From IMG/VR virus record IMGVR_UViG_3300032050_000032: DNA of 64,000 nt; one strand, written 5' to 3'. Position numbers and translations under genes: made by a program. The notes beneath the pieces were generated by a model, which worked only from the letters and a program-made list of their open reading frames with translations, searched no databases and was not told where the DNA came from. Origin of the DNA: an uncultured virus (IMG/VR IMGVR_UViG_3300032050_000032). Its lineage: Duplodnaviria; Heunggongvirae; Uroviricota; Caudoviricetes. Positions 20,164 to 30,870 of this stretch are shown here, piece after piece. Every line of letters starts with the position of its first letter. Position 1 is the stretch's first letter.

Positions 20164-21381
20164 ATGAAAGAAAAAATTAAAGTATTAGTACTCCCATCTG
20201 ATGGTTCAGGTGTTGGTAAGTACAGATCCGTTGACCCCCATGTAATGTTACAAAATTTATATTCTGATGATTTTCATGTTGACATAGACTTCCAACCAAA
20301 AGTTGATGATGACAAATATTGGGGTCAGTATCAAATTGTTCATTTCCATAGAAATATTGGGAATAACTATGAAGAAACTCCATCATTAATAGAAAAATTA
20401 AAATCAAATGGTATTGTTGTTATTATGGATATTGATGATTATTGGTTACCAACAAAGGAACACCCAATACATCAATTAATTGTAACAAATAAAATACACG
20501 AAAAGATAACGGCAAACATGAAAGTTTGTTCGTATGTCACAACAACGACAGAATTATTCGCCGATGAAATAAGAAAATTTAATAAAAATGTTCTTGTTTT
20601 ACCAAATGCAATTAATCCAAACGAAGAACAATTTAATCAACCAACATTACCATCAGAAAAAATTAGAGTTGGTTGGTTAGGGGGATCATCTCACCTTCAC
20701 GATTTAAAACTTTTAGATGGAATGGTGTCAAAGTTAAAACCAATCCAAGATAAATTACAATATTATGTTTGTGGTTTTGATACAAGAGGAACTGTGACTG
20801 AAATAAACAAACAGACAGGACAAGAGACAAGAAGACCAATTAGACCTGAAGAAACTGTTTGGGTTAAATATGAGAGTATATTTACTAACAATTATAAAAT
20901 CATTACACCAAACTATAAAACATTTTTGGATAAATTTAACGATGAAGAATATTTTGGTTGGGAAAATGAAAACTATGTAAGGGTTTGGACAAAACCTACC
21001 ACATCATATGCCAAGAACTACTCTAAGTTTGATATTTCATTGGCACCAATTGTTGATCATGTATTTAACCGAATGAAGTCACAACTTAAGGTTATTGAAG
21101 CTGGATTCTATAAAAAAGCATTAATCGCATCTAATGTTGGACCTTATACCATTGATTTAAAACATTCACTTAATAATGGTAATTTTACTGATGGTAACGC
21201 TTTATTAGTGGATAAAAATAGAAATCATGGAGATTGGGCAAAATATGTTAAAAAATTGGTTGACAACCCAAATATGGTTGTTGATATGGGTGAAAGATTA
21301 TATGAAACTGTTAAAGATAGATATGATCTTAAAAATGTAACAAAAACACGAGCAGAATTTTACAAATCTTTAATTAAATAA
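20164..21381 (+). CDS. GT-B fold (GT4-like) glycosyltransferase
   Basis: SGVGKYR, DIDDYW, VLPNAI, VGWLGGSSH, DISLAP..FNRMKS.LK.IEAG...IASNVGPY. Confidence 0.8.
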   Translation: MKEKIKVLVLPSDGSGVGKYRSVDPHVMLQNLYSDDFHVDIDFQPKVDDDKYWGQYQIVHFHRNIGNNYEETPSLIEKLKSNGIVVIMDIDDYWLPTKEHPIHQLIVTNKIHEKITANMKVCSYVTTTTELFADEIRKFNKNVLVLPNAINPNEEQFNQPTLPSEKIRVGWLGGSSHLHDLKLLDGMVSKLKPIQDKLQYYVCGFDTRGTVTEINKQTGQETRRPIRPEETVWVKYESIFTNNYKIITPNYKTFLDKFNDEEYFGWENENYVRVWTKPTTSYAKNYSKFDISLAPIVDHVFNRMKSQLKVIEAGFYKKALIASNVGPYTIDLKHSLNNGNFTDGNALLVDKNRNHGDWAKYVKKLVDNPNMVVDMGERLYETVKDRYDLKNVTKTRAEFYKSLIK

Positions 21382-21384
21382 TTT

Positions 21385-22086
21385 ATGATTAATATTCCTA
21401 TTACAAAAATTTTATTCTTGGATATTGAAACGGTTGGTGGATGTCCTGATTATGAATCTTGTGAAAGATTTAGTCCAAGTATTGCAAATCAGTTTGACAA
21501 ATATTTTGATTGGTTTCAAAAAAGGTTTCCTGAAGATAATGGATTAACTAAGGATGAGGTGTTTAAAAAACGAGCAGCTCTTGTTCCTGAATTTGCAAAA
21601 ATTGTTTGTGTGTCTATGGCATTTGTTATGGATAACGGAGACATAAAAAAACAAACATTTTCAGGAGACGATGAAAAAGAATTACTACTTCAAGTAAGAA
21701 ATCTTTTAGACAGATGTCAAAAATTAGATTTTTATCTTTGTGGGCATAATTTAAAGAATTTTGATATTCCTATGATGGCAAAAAGAATGATTATTAATGG
21801 TATTATGCCATCAAAACTTCTTCCTTCATATGATACAAAACCTTGGGAAGTTAAAGCCATTGATACCAAAGAAATTTGGCAATACGGAGCTTATACATCA
21901 ATTGGTTCATTAGATTTGATGTGTTCTTGTCTTGATATACCAACACCAAAAGATGGGGAAGTAACTGGAGATAAAGTTCATAGTGCTTATTGGGAAGAAC
22001 AAAAATTAAAAGAAATATCTGAATATTGTGAAAAGGATGTTGTTGTTTTAGTTGACGCAATTAAAAAATTAAAAGAATTAAAATGA
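21385..22086 (+). CDS. PolB-related 3'-5' exonuclease (DEDDy type)
   Basis: FLDIET, GHNLKNFDIP, EYCEKDV. Confidence 0.85.
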   Translation: MINIPITKILFLDIETVGGCPDYESCERFSPSIANQFDKYFDWFQKRFPEDNGLTKDEVFKKRAALVPEFAKIVCVSMAFVMDNGDIKKQTFSGDDEKELLLQVRNLLDRCQKLDFYLCGHNLKNFDIPMMAKRMIINGIMPSKLLPSYDTKPWEVKAIDTKEIWQYGAYTSIGSLDLMCSCLDIPTPKDGEVTGDKVHSAYWEEQKLKEISEYCEKDVVVLVDAIKKLKELK

Positions 22087-22697
22087 GTTTTACATTAGGT
22101 GATAATAACGATGAGGAAAGTCTTGAGGATTTATTAAAACAACTCCAAGAACTTGATGAAGTATTTGGAGATGAAGAACCGAATTATCAAGCAATTATTG
22201 ATGAGTTTGGAATTGATATTGCCGAGTTAGAGAGAGATATGGAAAGATACGAACAAAAGATTAATGTGAATTATTCTTTTAGTCGTCCCGATTCAGTTGA
22301 TCCTCAATACGCATATTTTACAGATTCTGGTTTTGATTTATACTCAACTGAGGAGATTGAAGTTCCTCCGTTTGGTAGGAAGTTAGTGCCAACAGGATTA
22401 CATATTGATATTCCTGAACAGTACGAACTTCAAGTAAGATCAAAGAGTGGGTTAGCACTTAAAGATGGTATTATGGTATTGAACTCGCCAGGAACTGTTG
22501 ATCAAGGATACACGGGAGAAATACAGGTTATTATTTTTAACGCAAATAATTTACCAACAACAATCAAAAAAGGACAAAAAATTGCTCAAGCCGTTTTTTC
22601 TCCTGTAGCGTGTGGTAAATGGATAAAGTTTAACAAAGTAGATAATATAAACAATAAAGATAGAAACTCAAATGGTTTCGGAAGTACGGGGATATGA
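22083..22697 (+). CDS. dut: Trimeric dUTPase with acidic N-terminal extension
   Basis: DSGFDL, RSKSGLA, NSPGTVDQGYTGEI, KIAQ, R.SNGFGSTG. Confidence 0.95.
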   Translation: MSFTLGDNNDEESLEDLLKQLQELDEVFGDEEPNYQAIIDEFGIDIAELERDMERYEQKINVNYSFSRPDSVDPQYAYFTDSGFDLYSTEEIEVPPFGRKLVPTGLHIDIPEQYELQVRSKSGLALKDGIMVLNSPGTVDQGYTGEIQVIIFNANNLPTTIKKGQKIAQAVFSPVACGKWIKFNKVDNINNKDRNSNGFGSTGI

Positions 22698-24088
22698 TTA
22701 CAATTGGGTATAGTACAAAATCAACAAAACCAAAGTTTATTGAACATATTAAGGAAACTTGTGGGATTAATGATGTACAAATCATTGAGAAAATTAATAA
22801 TGGTGAAAAATCATTGTCAGTAGTTTATAATGAAATTTTATCCGAAAGTCTAAATGATATCGTTGTTTTATGTCATGATGATATCATTTTTGAAAAGGGG
22901 TATTGGGCTAAAAGAGTTATAGAACATTTTACCAAGAAACCTGAATTTGGGATATTGGGTGTTGCAGGAACAAGATACTACCCTTCGTCAGGTATGTGGT
23001 GGGAGATTAGTTCAGAAATGGTAGGACAAGTTTATCATCAACATAATGGTAAAAAATGGCTTTCATCCTATAATGAACCTTTTGGGGGTAAAATCATCGA
23101 CACCGTAATTATTGATGGTGTATTTATGATGATAAATAAAAAAACAATTGTTAAACCATTTAATGAATCAGTTGAAGGTTTCCATTTTTATGATACAACA
23201 TTTTCATTTGAGAACCATATTAACGGTGTTAAGGTTGGGGTAGTTTCCAATATTCCAATAACTCATTTATCAATTGGCATGACAAATGAACAATGGGATA
23301 AAAATAGGAAAGTTTTTATTGAAAATTACAAACCTCATCTACCTAACATTTTAGAGAACAACTTACCAGTATTAAACCCAAATAAAAATTTACCTTTAGT
23401 CTCGGTAATTATGCCGGTTCATAATTATGGTAAAATGTTTCATAAATCAATTGAGTCCGTTTTTAATTCCACATACAAAAATTTTGAGTTGATTATTGTT
23501 AATGATGGATCCACGGATGAATACGTCTTAAATAAATTGAGTTCATTATCCAATCATCCAAATATTAAAATTATTAATCAAGAAAATGGAGGTCCGGCAA
23601 ATGCCAGAAATAACGGAATAAAAAACTCAAACGGTGTTTATATCTTACCTTTAGATTCTGACGACATGATTTCATCAGAATATATTCAAACTTGTGTGAA
23701 TATTATTAAAAAAGATAACAATATCAGTCCCGTATATTGCGATACTAATCACATTGGACAAATGAGTGGAATTGAGAATCGTCCTGAATGGACAAAAGAA
23801 AGATTGATACAAGGACCATTCATTGTGAATTGTTCAATGTTTACAAGAGAATCATTTGATATTTGTGGAGGATATGACGAAGAAATGAAAGGATGGGAAG
23901 ATTATGATTTATGGGTTAGAATGATGAACAATGGTTTTGTTGGTAAAAGAATACCAAAACCTCTATTCACATATTTTCACCATGAGAAAGATGGTACCGT
24001 ATCTACTGAGGCAAATAAAAACACACAAGAATTATATAATTATATAATGAATAAAAATAATATTTTTAAAAATGAAAATACTAATTAA
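22694..24088 (+). CDS. Two-domain GT-A/GT2 glycosyltransferase
   Basis: N-domain LCHDDI...GFHFYD; C-domain VSVIMPVHN, IIVNDGSTD, GPANARN, LDSDD, GWEDYDLW. Confidence 0.9.
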   Translation: MITIGYSTKSTKPKFIEHIKETCGINDVQIIEKINNGEKSLSVVYNEILSESLNDIVVLCHDDIIFEKGYWAKRVIEHFTKKPEFGILGVAGTRYYPSSGMWWEISSEMVGQVYHQHNGKKWLSSYNEPFGGKIIDTVIIDGVFMMINKKTIVKPFNESVEGFHFYDTTFSFENHINGVKVGVVSNIPITHLSIGMTNEQWDKNRKVFIENYKPHLPNILENNLPVLNPNKNLPLVSVIMPVHNYGKMFHKSIESVFNSTYKNFELIIVNDGSTDEYVLNKLSSLSNHPNIKIINQENGGPANARNNGIKNSNGVYILPLDSDDMISSEYIQTCVNIIKKDNNISPVYCDTNHIGQMSGIENRPEWTKERLIQGPFIVNCSMFTRESFDICGGYDEEMKGWEDYDLWVRMMNNGFVGKRIPKPLFTYFHHEKDGTVSTEANKNTQELYNYIMNKNNIFKNENTN

Positions 24089-24734
24089 ATTCCCAACAAG
24101 AGGTAGGAGAGATAAATTTTTTAACGTTTTAGACATATATTACCAATTAGCGGAAAACATTGATAATGTTGAGTTTCAAATTACAATAGATACAGACGAC
24201 GAGTCTATGAACAATCATAATGTTTTAGAAAAATTAAAAACTTATAAAAATTTAAAGTACAATCTTGGTTTTAGTAAAAATAAAATAAATGCGGTTAATA
24301 GAGATATAACAATTGGTGATTGGGATATTATTTTAATTGCCTCTGATGACATGATACCAAAAGTTAAAGGGTATGATAATATAATCAGAAATAAAATGAC
24401 TGAACTATATCCTAACACTGACGGGGTTTTATGGTTTAACGATGGAAATCAAGGTAATAGGTTGAATACTTTATGTATCTTAGGTAAAAAATATTACGAA
24501 AGATTTAATTATATTTATCATCCTGACTACACATCGTTATGGGCGGATAATGAATTTATGGATGTTGCAAACTTATTAAACAAACAAACATATTTTAATG
24601 ATATAATTATTAGACATGAACATCCTGACGCTGGATTTGGTAAAAGAGATTTTGTTCATATTGATAATGTAAAGTTTGACACTATTGATAGAAATGTTTA
24701 TATTAAACGAAAAGAAAAAAATTTTGGTTTATGA
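24072..24734 (+). CDS. GT-A fold glycosyltransferase
   Basis: IKFPTRGR, IASDDM, WADNEF, HEH. Confidence 0.7.
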   Translation: MKILIKFPTRGRRDKFFNVLDIYYQLAENIDNVEFQITIDTDDESMNNHNVLEKLKTYKNLKYNLGFSKNKINAVNRDITIGDWDIILIASDDMIPKVKGYDNIIRNKMTELYPNTDGVLWFNDGNQGNRLNTLCILGKKYYERFNYIYHPDYTSLWADNEFMDVANLLNKQTYFNDIIIRHEHPDAGFGKRDFVHIDNVKFDTIDRNVYIKRKEKNFGL

Positions 24735-25378
24735 AAAAAATAATATCTTTTAGTTTATGGGGAACAAATCCAATATATAATATTGGTGCGATTAAAAATT
24801 CTGAACTTGCTAAAACTATTTATCCTGATTGGATATGTAGATATTATGTTGGAAAAAGTGTTCCGACAGAAATTATAGAAAAATTAAATAGTTTTGATAA
24901 CACCGAAATTATTTTAATGGACACTGATGGTGATTGGACAGGAATGTTCTGGAGGTTTTACCCATCAAGTGAAGATGATGTTGATGTTGTAATTGTTAGA
25001 GATTGTGACTCAAGATTAAATGAAAGAGAAAAAAATGCCGTTGATGAATGGTTAGAGTCTGATAAAGGATTTCATATTATGAAAGATCACCCGTATCATA
25101 ACATAGAAATACTTGGTGGAATGTGGGGATCAAAAAAAGGAACAATACATAATATGAAAACAAAAATTGATGAGTATGTTAAGGGTAATTTTTGGCAAGT
25201 AGATCAATTTTTTCTTAAAGATATTATTTACCCGTTAATTAAAGATAATTGTGTGGTTCATGATGAGTTTTTTAATAATAAACCATTTCCATCTAAAAGA
25301 GAAAATAATAGATTTGTTGGTCAAGCATTTAATGAGAACGATGATATGATTTATCCAGAACACTCAAAATTAGTGTAG
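24731..25378 (+). CDS. Putative GT-A-like protein
   Basis: IISFSLWG, MFWRF, VRDCDSR (DxD), LGGMWG, DQ.FL. Confidence 0.55.
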   Translation: MKKIISFSLWGTNPIYNIGAIKNSELAKTIYPDWICRYYVGKSVPTEIIEKLNSFDNTEIILMDTDGDWTGMFWRFYPSSEDDVDVVIVRDCDSRLNEREKNAVDEWLESDKGFHIMKDHPYHNIEILGGMWGSKKGTIHNMKTKIDEYVKGNFWQVDQFFLKDIIYPLIKDNCVVHDEFFNNKPFPSKRENNRFVGQAFNENDDMIYPEHSKLV

Positions 25379-25410
25379 ATAATATTAAATAAAATAAAAT
25401 AAAATAAAAT

Positions 25411-25995
25411 ATGAAAAAAGTATTTTTAGATTGCGGAACACATTTATGTGAGGGGTTAAAAGATTTTATAGGTAAAAAAATTGTAACTGAAGATTTTGAA
25501 ATTCACACATTTGAAGCTAATCCAGCTTGTAACATTATTGAAAGAATAAAACAAATTCCGTACAATGTTACACCACATCAAAAAGCGGTGTGGATTGAGG
25601 ATGGAACAGTATTTTTTAACCAAGAAAACCACAGAAAAAGTCGTTCAGGTTCACCTCACGATGGACAATCAGATGTTGATGGTTGGGGGTCGTCAATTGA
25701 CAATATTGGATTTATTCATCCAGGATATGAAACAAAGGTTGAGGTAGAATCAATTTCATTAAGTAACTTTCTCCAACAGTATAATGATGATGATTATATT
25801 GTTTGTAAAATGGATATTGAGGGGAGTGAATTTGCAGTTCTTAGAGACTTACTGGAGAAAGGTTCTATAAAAAAAATTAATGAACTTTATGTTGAGTTTC
25901 ACGAAAGATTTATGCCAAAAGAAAATGAACAAACTAAAAATGAATTAGTAAATCAAATCACTTCTTTAGGAATTAATCTACATCAATGGTTTTAA
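25411..25995 (+). CDS. FkbM-family methyltransferase
   Basis: FLDCGTH, FEANP, KMDIEGSE, LYVEFH. Confidence 0.85.
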   Translation: MKKVFLDCGTHLCEGLKDFIGKKIVTEDFEIHTFEANPACNIIERIKQIPYNVTPHQKAVWIEDGTVFFNQENHRKSRSGSPHDGQSDVDGWGSSIDNIGFIHPGYETKVEVESISLSNFLQQYNDDDYIVCKMDIEGSEFAVLRDLLEKGSIKKINELYVEFHERFMPKENEQTKNELVNQITSLGINLHQWF

Positions 25996-26001
25996 TTTAA
26001 T

Positions 26002-26625
26002 ATGAAAAAAATTACTTATTTTGTAATGACAAGTAAAATATACTTGGATAGACAAAGAAATGTTTCTGAAACATGGGGAAAAAATCAGGATTTATTTTTT
26101 TACTCAGATGATGATGGTAAAGATGAAAAAACCATTAAAGTCACTGATAAATCCGACTATTGGAGTTTAGAAGAGAAACATATAAACATTTTTAAATATC
26201 TAAAAAATAATTTTTTAGATAAGGAATGGTTTTTTTTCTGTGATGATGATACATTTGTAAACACAAAAAAATTAGAAGAATTTGTTGTGGGTTGTGATAC
26301 TAAATCAGCGTACGGATTTTTAATTAATTGTTGGCCTAAAATGAAAGATTTGTTTTATCATTCAGGGGGCGGTGGGGTATTGTTACATAGAGAAGTATTA
26401 AATGTTCTTTGTGAAAAAATACATCATAAAAATACGATGTTTGCCGATGTAACATTAGGTTTAAATTTAATTGAGTGTGGTATAAAAATGAAAACAGATG
26501 AGATGTTTCATTCTGAACCCCCATTATCATATAACATTAATCAAAATGAAATAAAAAATAATATAACATTTCATCATATAAAAAATTTTAATGAGATGAA
26601 TGAATTAAATAATTTTTGTAATTAA
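26002..26625 (+). CDS. Fringe-like / GT31 glycosyltransferase
   Basis: ETW, WFFFCDDDTFV, SGGGG.LL, DVTLG, ITFHH. Confidence 0.8.
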   Translation: MKKITYFVMTSKIYLDRQRNVSETWGKNQDLFFYSDDDGKDEKTIKVTDKSDYWSLEEKHINIFKYLKNNFLDKEWFFFCDDDTFVNTKKLEEFVVGCDTKSAYGFLINCWPKMKDLFYHSGGGGVLLHREVLNVLCEKIHHKNTMFADVTLGLNLIECGIKMKTDEMFHSEPPLSYNINQNEIKNNITFHHIKNFNEMNELNNFCN

Positions 26626-26631
26626 AAGTTC

Positions 26632-27321
26632 ATGAAATATATCTATCATCATTTAGGTTTAGGTGATCACATAATTTGTAATGGTTTAGTTCGTTCTTTA
26701 ATTAACCCTAATGAAGAATATATAATGTTTGTCAAATCACATAATTTAGATAGTGTATCATTTATGTATCGTGATTTAAATAATTTATCATTTTTAATTG
26801 GGGACGACGATTTTGTTCAAAATTATATTAATGAAAATAATATAAATAAAAATGAATTAATAATTGCAGGATTTTACAGACACCCTAATTCTAAAGAATT
26901 TGATGACAGTTTTTATCTTCAAAATAATTTACCATTTGATTATAGATGGGACAAATTTTTTGTAAATCGTGATATAGAATCAGAAAAAAAATTATTTGAT
27001 TTATATCAAGTTAAGGAGAATAACTATGTTTTTTTACACGACGATTTGGATAGAAATTTTGAAATTAATAAAGGGAAAATAATAAACAAAGACTTACCAA
27101 TAATATCACCAAAAAAAGGTTTATCTAATAATATTTTTGATTATTGTTATTTAATGGAAAAAAGTTGTGAATCACATTTTATAGATAGTTCTTTTAAATT
27201 ATTATTTGATTCATTACAATTAAGGAATAGTAATTTATTTTACCATATAAACCTTAAAAATAATAAAATTAAAGATAGTACAACAAAATCACAATCCAAA
27301 TTAAATTTTACAATAATATGA
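26632..27321 (+). CDS. Putative GT-B-like glycosyltransferase
   Basis: HHLGLGDHIICNG N-terminus; HFIDSSF. Confidence 0.5.
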   Translation: MKYIYHHLGLGDHIICNGLVRSLINPNEEYIMFVKSHNLDSVSFMYRDLNNLSFLIGDDDFVQNYINENNINKNELIIAGFYRHPNSKEFDDSFYLQNNLPFDYRWDKFFVNRDIESEKKLFDLYQVKENNYVFLHDDLDRNFEINKGKIINKDLPIISPKKGLSNNIFDYCYLMEKSCESHFIDSSFKLLFDSLQLRNSNLFYHINLKNNKIKDSTTKSQSKLNFTII

Positions 27322-27998
27322 ATAATAATTTTAATATTATTACCGGATATTTTCAGGGTAATAACAAAATGTATTCAGGATTTGACAAAGATAAATTTTT
27401 TGATATATGGTATAAAAATACCAGAAAATTCACAAATAATAAAATTTATGTGATTAATATTGACGGAAACTTTGAGAAGGAAAAATATGATAACACGGAA
27501 TTTATTAATTTAGAACACAATTTAGGACACATTGGTGATTTAATTAAAACAAAAAAATTTCACCTCAGTGGGTGGAGCCTCTCAATTTTAATAGGATTAT
27601 TAATTTGTTATAATAACAATTGTGATTTTATTTATAAAGAACAAGATTGTCTTTTTTTTGGTGATATAAATAATGTTTATGAACAATTGGAAAATAAACA
27701 ATGTAAATCTTTAATGAGTATTTTACATAGTGATTGGGTAGAACAAAGTTTTTTTATTGTAAAACATGATTTTATTTTAACATTTGTTATTGAATGGCTT
27801 AATATCCCAAGTGCCGATTATGATTTATTAACAGAACTAAAACATCATTTTTTATATGAAAAATATCCTAATGATATAAAAGAATTTGATTTTGGATATG
27901 GTAGAAAAAGACCTTTTAATATAGAAGATAAAAATTTTTTCATACAACAAATAAACGTTGATGAAATGGAATTACTTAAAAAAACCAATTTAATATGA
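27318..27998 (+). CDS. Hypothetical protein, possibly GT-A-like
   Basis: 226 aa; FIYKEQDCL (ExD); lies within the glycan island. Confidence 0.5.
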   Translation: MNNNFNIITGYFQGNNKMYSGFDKDKFFDIWYKNTRKFTNNKIYVINIDGNFEKEKYDNTEFINLEHNLGHIGDLIKTKKFHLSGWSLSILIGLLICYNNNCDFIYKEQDCLFFGDINNVYEQLENKQCKSLMSILHSDWVEQSFFIVKHDFILTFVIEWLNIPSADYDLLTELKHHFLYEKYPNDIKEFDFGYGRKRPFNIEDKNFFIQQINVDEMELLKKTNLI

Positions 27999-28066
27999 CA
28001 GTACAAAGACAAATGATAGAATTAACAGAAAAAGGAAAATTGTTGATGAATACCATTAAAAAATAA
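27995..28066 (+). CDS. 23-aa micro-ORF or gene remnant
   Basis: MTVQRQMIELTEKGKLLMNTIKK*; ATGA overlap with upstream stop, ends 4 nt before next ATG. Confidence 0.4.
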   Translation: MTVQRQMIELTEKGKLLMNTIKK

Positions 28067-28070
28067 AATT

Positions 28071-28847
28071 ATGAATTTCATACAATTAAATAAATTCACT
28101 AATCTTCATGATGGTAATAAAATAATTTTTTGTAAAACAGATTTTTTATTTGAGGAATTTAATACAATAAAAAATCTTGATTCTGATGTAATTTTAATCA
28201 CAGGTAATTCTGACTACCCAATAACCGACTATCATGTTTCCCATGTACCTTCAAATATTAAAAAATGGTACGCACAAAACGCATTGTCAAATTCAGATTT
28301 AGTCATTCCTATTCCTATGGGAATAGAAAATAAATTAGAATCATTAAGATACAATCATGGTATTGGGTATTTTGAAAGGGTTCAAGAAAAAGAGAACCTG
28401 TTAAACAACATAAAAAATAAAGAACCTGAAAAATTTATTTATTCTAATTTTAACATTCATACAAATTATACAGAAAGAATAAAATACAAAAATATTTCAA
28501 TCGGATGTCCACATATAGATTGGGAGGAAAGTAATCTGTCCTTACATGATTTTTTTAATAGGATGCTTGATTATAAAATGATATTATGTCCCGTAGGTAA
28601 CGGAGTAGATACCCATAGATTATGGGAAGTATTGTATTCCAATAGAATCCCTATAACAGTAAAGGTTAATAATTACGGAATTTATAAACTTTACGAAACT
28701 TTACCAATTATTATTTTAGATAAAATAGAAGATTTATTAGATTACGATTTAATTGATAAAAAATATAATGAAATCATTTCTAATAATTACAATTTAGATA
28801 TTATTGATTATGATTATTGGAAAGATAAAATACTTAAAAACATCTAA
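28071..28847 (+). CDS. Exostosin/GT47-like glycosyltransferase
   Basis: LITGNSD, WYAQN, PIPMG, YKMILCPVGNGVDTHRLWEVL...IPI. Confidence 0.65.
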   Translation: MNFIQLNKFTNLHDGNKIIFCKTDFLFEEFNTIKNLDSDVILITGNSDYPITDYHVSHVPSNIKKWYAQNALSNSDLVIPIPMGIENKLESLRYNHGIGYFERVQEKENLLNNIKNKEPEKFIYSNFNIHTNYTERIKYKNISIGCPHIDWEESNLSLHDFFNRMLDYKMILCPVGNGVDTHRLWEVLYSNRIPITVKVNNYGIYKLYETLPIIILDKIEDLLDYDLIDKKYNEIISNNYNLDIIDYDYWKDKILKNI

Positions 28848-29623
28848 TGAAATTAATTTTTATTACATCTTGTAAACCATTAAATAATGAAGATATAACT
28901 ATTATGCAAAAAAACTCAATTCGTAGTTGGTCAAGATTACCTATTGATAAAAAAATTCTTGTTTTTAACAAAAACCAATCAGTGATTGATATGTGTGAAG
29001 ATTTGGATGTTGAGGTTGTTTCCGATTATGATCACTCGAGCTATAGTGATATACCTACATGGGTTAGTATGAAAAATATTGCTTCTGAACATGCGGAAAA
29101 TAGTGATGTTATTGTTTGGGTTAATTCTGATGTTATGTTTGATGAAACCTTATTAAACACTATAAATACCGTTAACAAGTCTATCAATGATTTTGTTCTT
29201 GTTGGTCAAAAATATGATTGGCACAACTACACCTTATTAGATACTATCCCTAATTTTAATTTATTTGAAAATTTAAGTGTTCATGGTGAGTGGGCTATAG
29301 ATTATTTTATTTTTAAAAAGCACGTATTTTTAGATGTTCCAAAATTTTTTATTGCAAGAATGAGGTTTGATAATTTTTTAATGAATAAAGCAATAAAAGA
29401 ACACACAGCAATTGACTGTACCGAAACAATTTTTTGCATACATCACAGACATAACTATGGACCAAATACTGATAAAAAATTTTCAGACATATATGAAACA
29501 TCATATTGGCAAAATGAACAAAAAATAAACGACTCATTAATTAATGGTAATTTATCAAACATAAAAAATTGTATGTATTACACAAAATTTGAAAATAACG
29601 AAATAAAAATTTTAAAAAAATGA
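28847..29623 (+). CDS. Putative GT-A-like protein
   Basis: Q.NSI.SW, WVNSDV, IDYFIF, FDN, IHHRH. Confidence 0.5.
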   Translation: MKLIFITSCKPLNNEDITIMQKNSIRSWSRLPIDKKILVFNKNQSVIDMCEDLDVEVVSDYDHSSYSDIPTWVSMKNIASEHAENSDVIVWVNSDVMFDETLLNTINTVNKSINDFVLVGQKYDWHNYTLLDTIPNFNLFENLSVHGEWAIDYFIFKKHVFLDVPKFFIARMRFDNFLMNKAIKEHTAIDCTETIFCIHHRHNYGPNTDKKFSDIYETSYWQNEQKINDSLINGNLSNIKNCMYYTKFENNEIKILKK

Positions 29624-30231
29624 ATATTATAATAGACGTTGGGGCAAATGAAGGATCATTTTTAAGTCAATATTTAGATGATGAAAACAATATGATTTTT
29701 GCCTTTGAGCCTGTACCACATTTATATGAAAAATTAAAATCTTTAGAATTAAACCACAAAAACATAAAGGTTTTTAATTACGCAATAAACAACAATGACG
29801 GTATGTCGGAGTTTTATGTTAATGAACCCCACTATACTAGCTCGTTAAAACCATTTACCGATTATAAAGATAAATGGGATAAAAAAGTACGGTTACAACT
29901 AATGAATGTTATTAACGTAAAAGTATCTAAACTATCTACATTTTTAATAGAAAACAATTTGTCAGATAAAGTAATAAGTTTTTTAAAAATTGACACACAA
30001 GGAAGTGACTTAGACGTAGTAGAATCATTGGGTAATTACATTAAAAATTTCAAATCAATACAACTAGAATGCTTTTCAACCAAAGATGAACAAAGTTTGT
30101 ATGAAAACGAGGCTAAATGTTATAAAATTATAGATTTTTTTGAATCAAATAATTTTGAACTAAGTCATCATATCAAAGAAGATGAAAAGTGGTCAAATTT
30201 AATTTTCAAAAATAAACAATTTTTAATTTAA
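29620..30231 (+). CDS. FkbM-family methyltransferase
   Basis: IDVGANEG, FAFEP, LKIDTQGSD. Confidence 0.9.
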   Translation: MNIIIDVGANEGSFLSQYLDDENNMIFAFEPVPHLYEKLKSLELNHKNIKVFNYAINNNDGMSEFYVNEPHYTSSLKPFTDYKDKWDKKVRLQLMNVINVKVSKLSTFLIENNLSDKVISFLKIDTQGSDLDVVESLGNYIKNFKSIQLECFSTKDEQSLYENEAKCYKIIDFFESNNFELSHHIKEDEKWSNLIFKNKQFLI

Positions 30232-30240
30232 AATTAATAT

Positions 30241-30870
30241 ATGAAAAAAACATATTCCCAATACAGGGAGGATTTAATAGTGTTTGACTATTTTAACGGT
30301 AAAATAGGTAATTTACTAGATCTTGGGGCTAATGACGGAATTACTTTTAGTAACTCAAGATTACTTATTGAAAATGGATGGGGAGGGGTTTTAGTTGAAG
30401 CGTCTCCACTGACATTTAAAAAATTAAAAACTTTGTATGAAAACTCAAACAAAGTTGTATGTGTGGAAAAATGCCTATCAAAGGAAAAACTTAAAACCAC
30501 TTTTTATCATAACACCTTTCATCATAACCCAACCGCGGGAGATAATATGGACTTGTTATCTACAATCGATTTATCAAGTTATGAAAGAACATCATCATGG
30601 GGTAGTTTTTCTGAGTTTGAAATTGAATGTGATACAATTGATACCGTTTTAACGTCGGTACCTTATAAAAAATTTGATTTTGTAAGTATTGATATTGAAG
30701 GGGTTGATTTAGATATTCTAAGACAATTAGATTTAACCAATATGGGGGTAGAATTATTAGTTTTAGAACATAATAACATAATTAAAAATGAAATCATAGA
30801 CTATTGTGGTAGTCATAATATAAACAAAGTTCTTTTTGAGAATAATGTAAACATAATACTACACAAATGA
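30241..30870 (+). CDS. FkbM-family methyltransferase
   Basis: YSQY.ED, LDLGANDG...SNS, GWGGVLVE, SIDIEG. Confidence 0.9.
   Translation: MKKTYSQYREDLIVFDYFNGKIGNLLDLGANDGITFSNSRLLIENGWGGVLVEASPLTFKKLKTLYENSNKVVCVEKCLSKEKLKTTFYHNTFHHNPTAGDNMDLLSTIDLSSYERTSSWGSFSEFEIECDTIDTVLTSVPYKKFDFVSIDIEGVDLDILRQLDLTNMGVELLVLEHNNIIKNEIIDYCGSHNINKVLFENNVNIILHK

Noticed and set aside
25387..25410. (AAAAT)n tract as a phase-variation switch
   Set aside because: Only about four copies in an AT-rich leader; no evidence of variation
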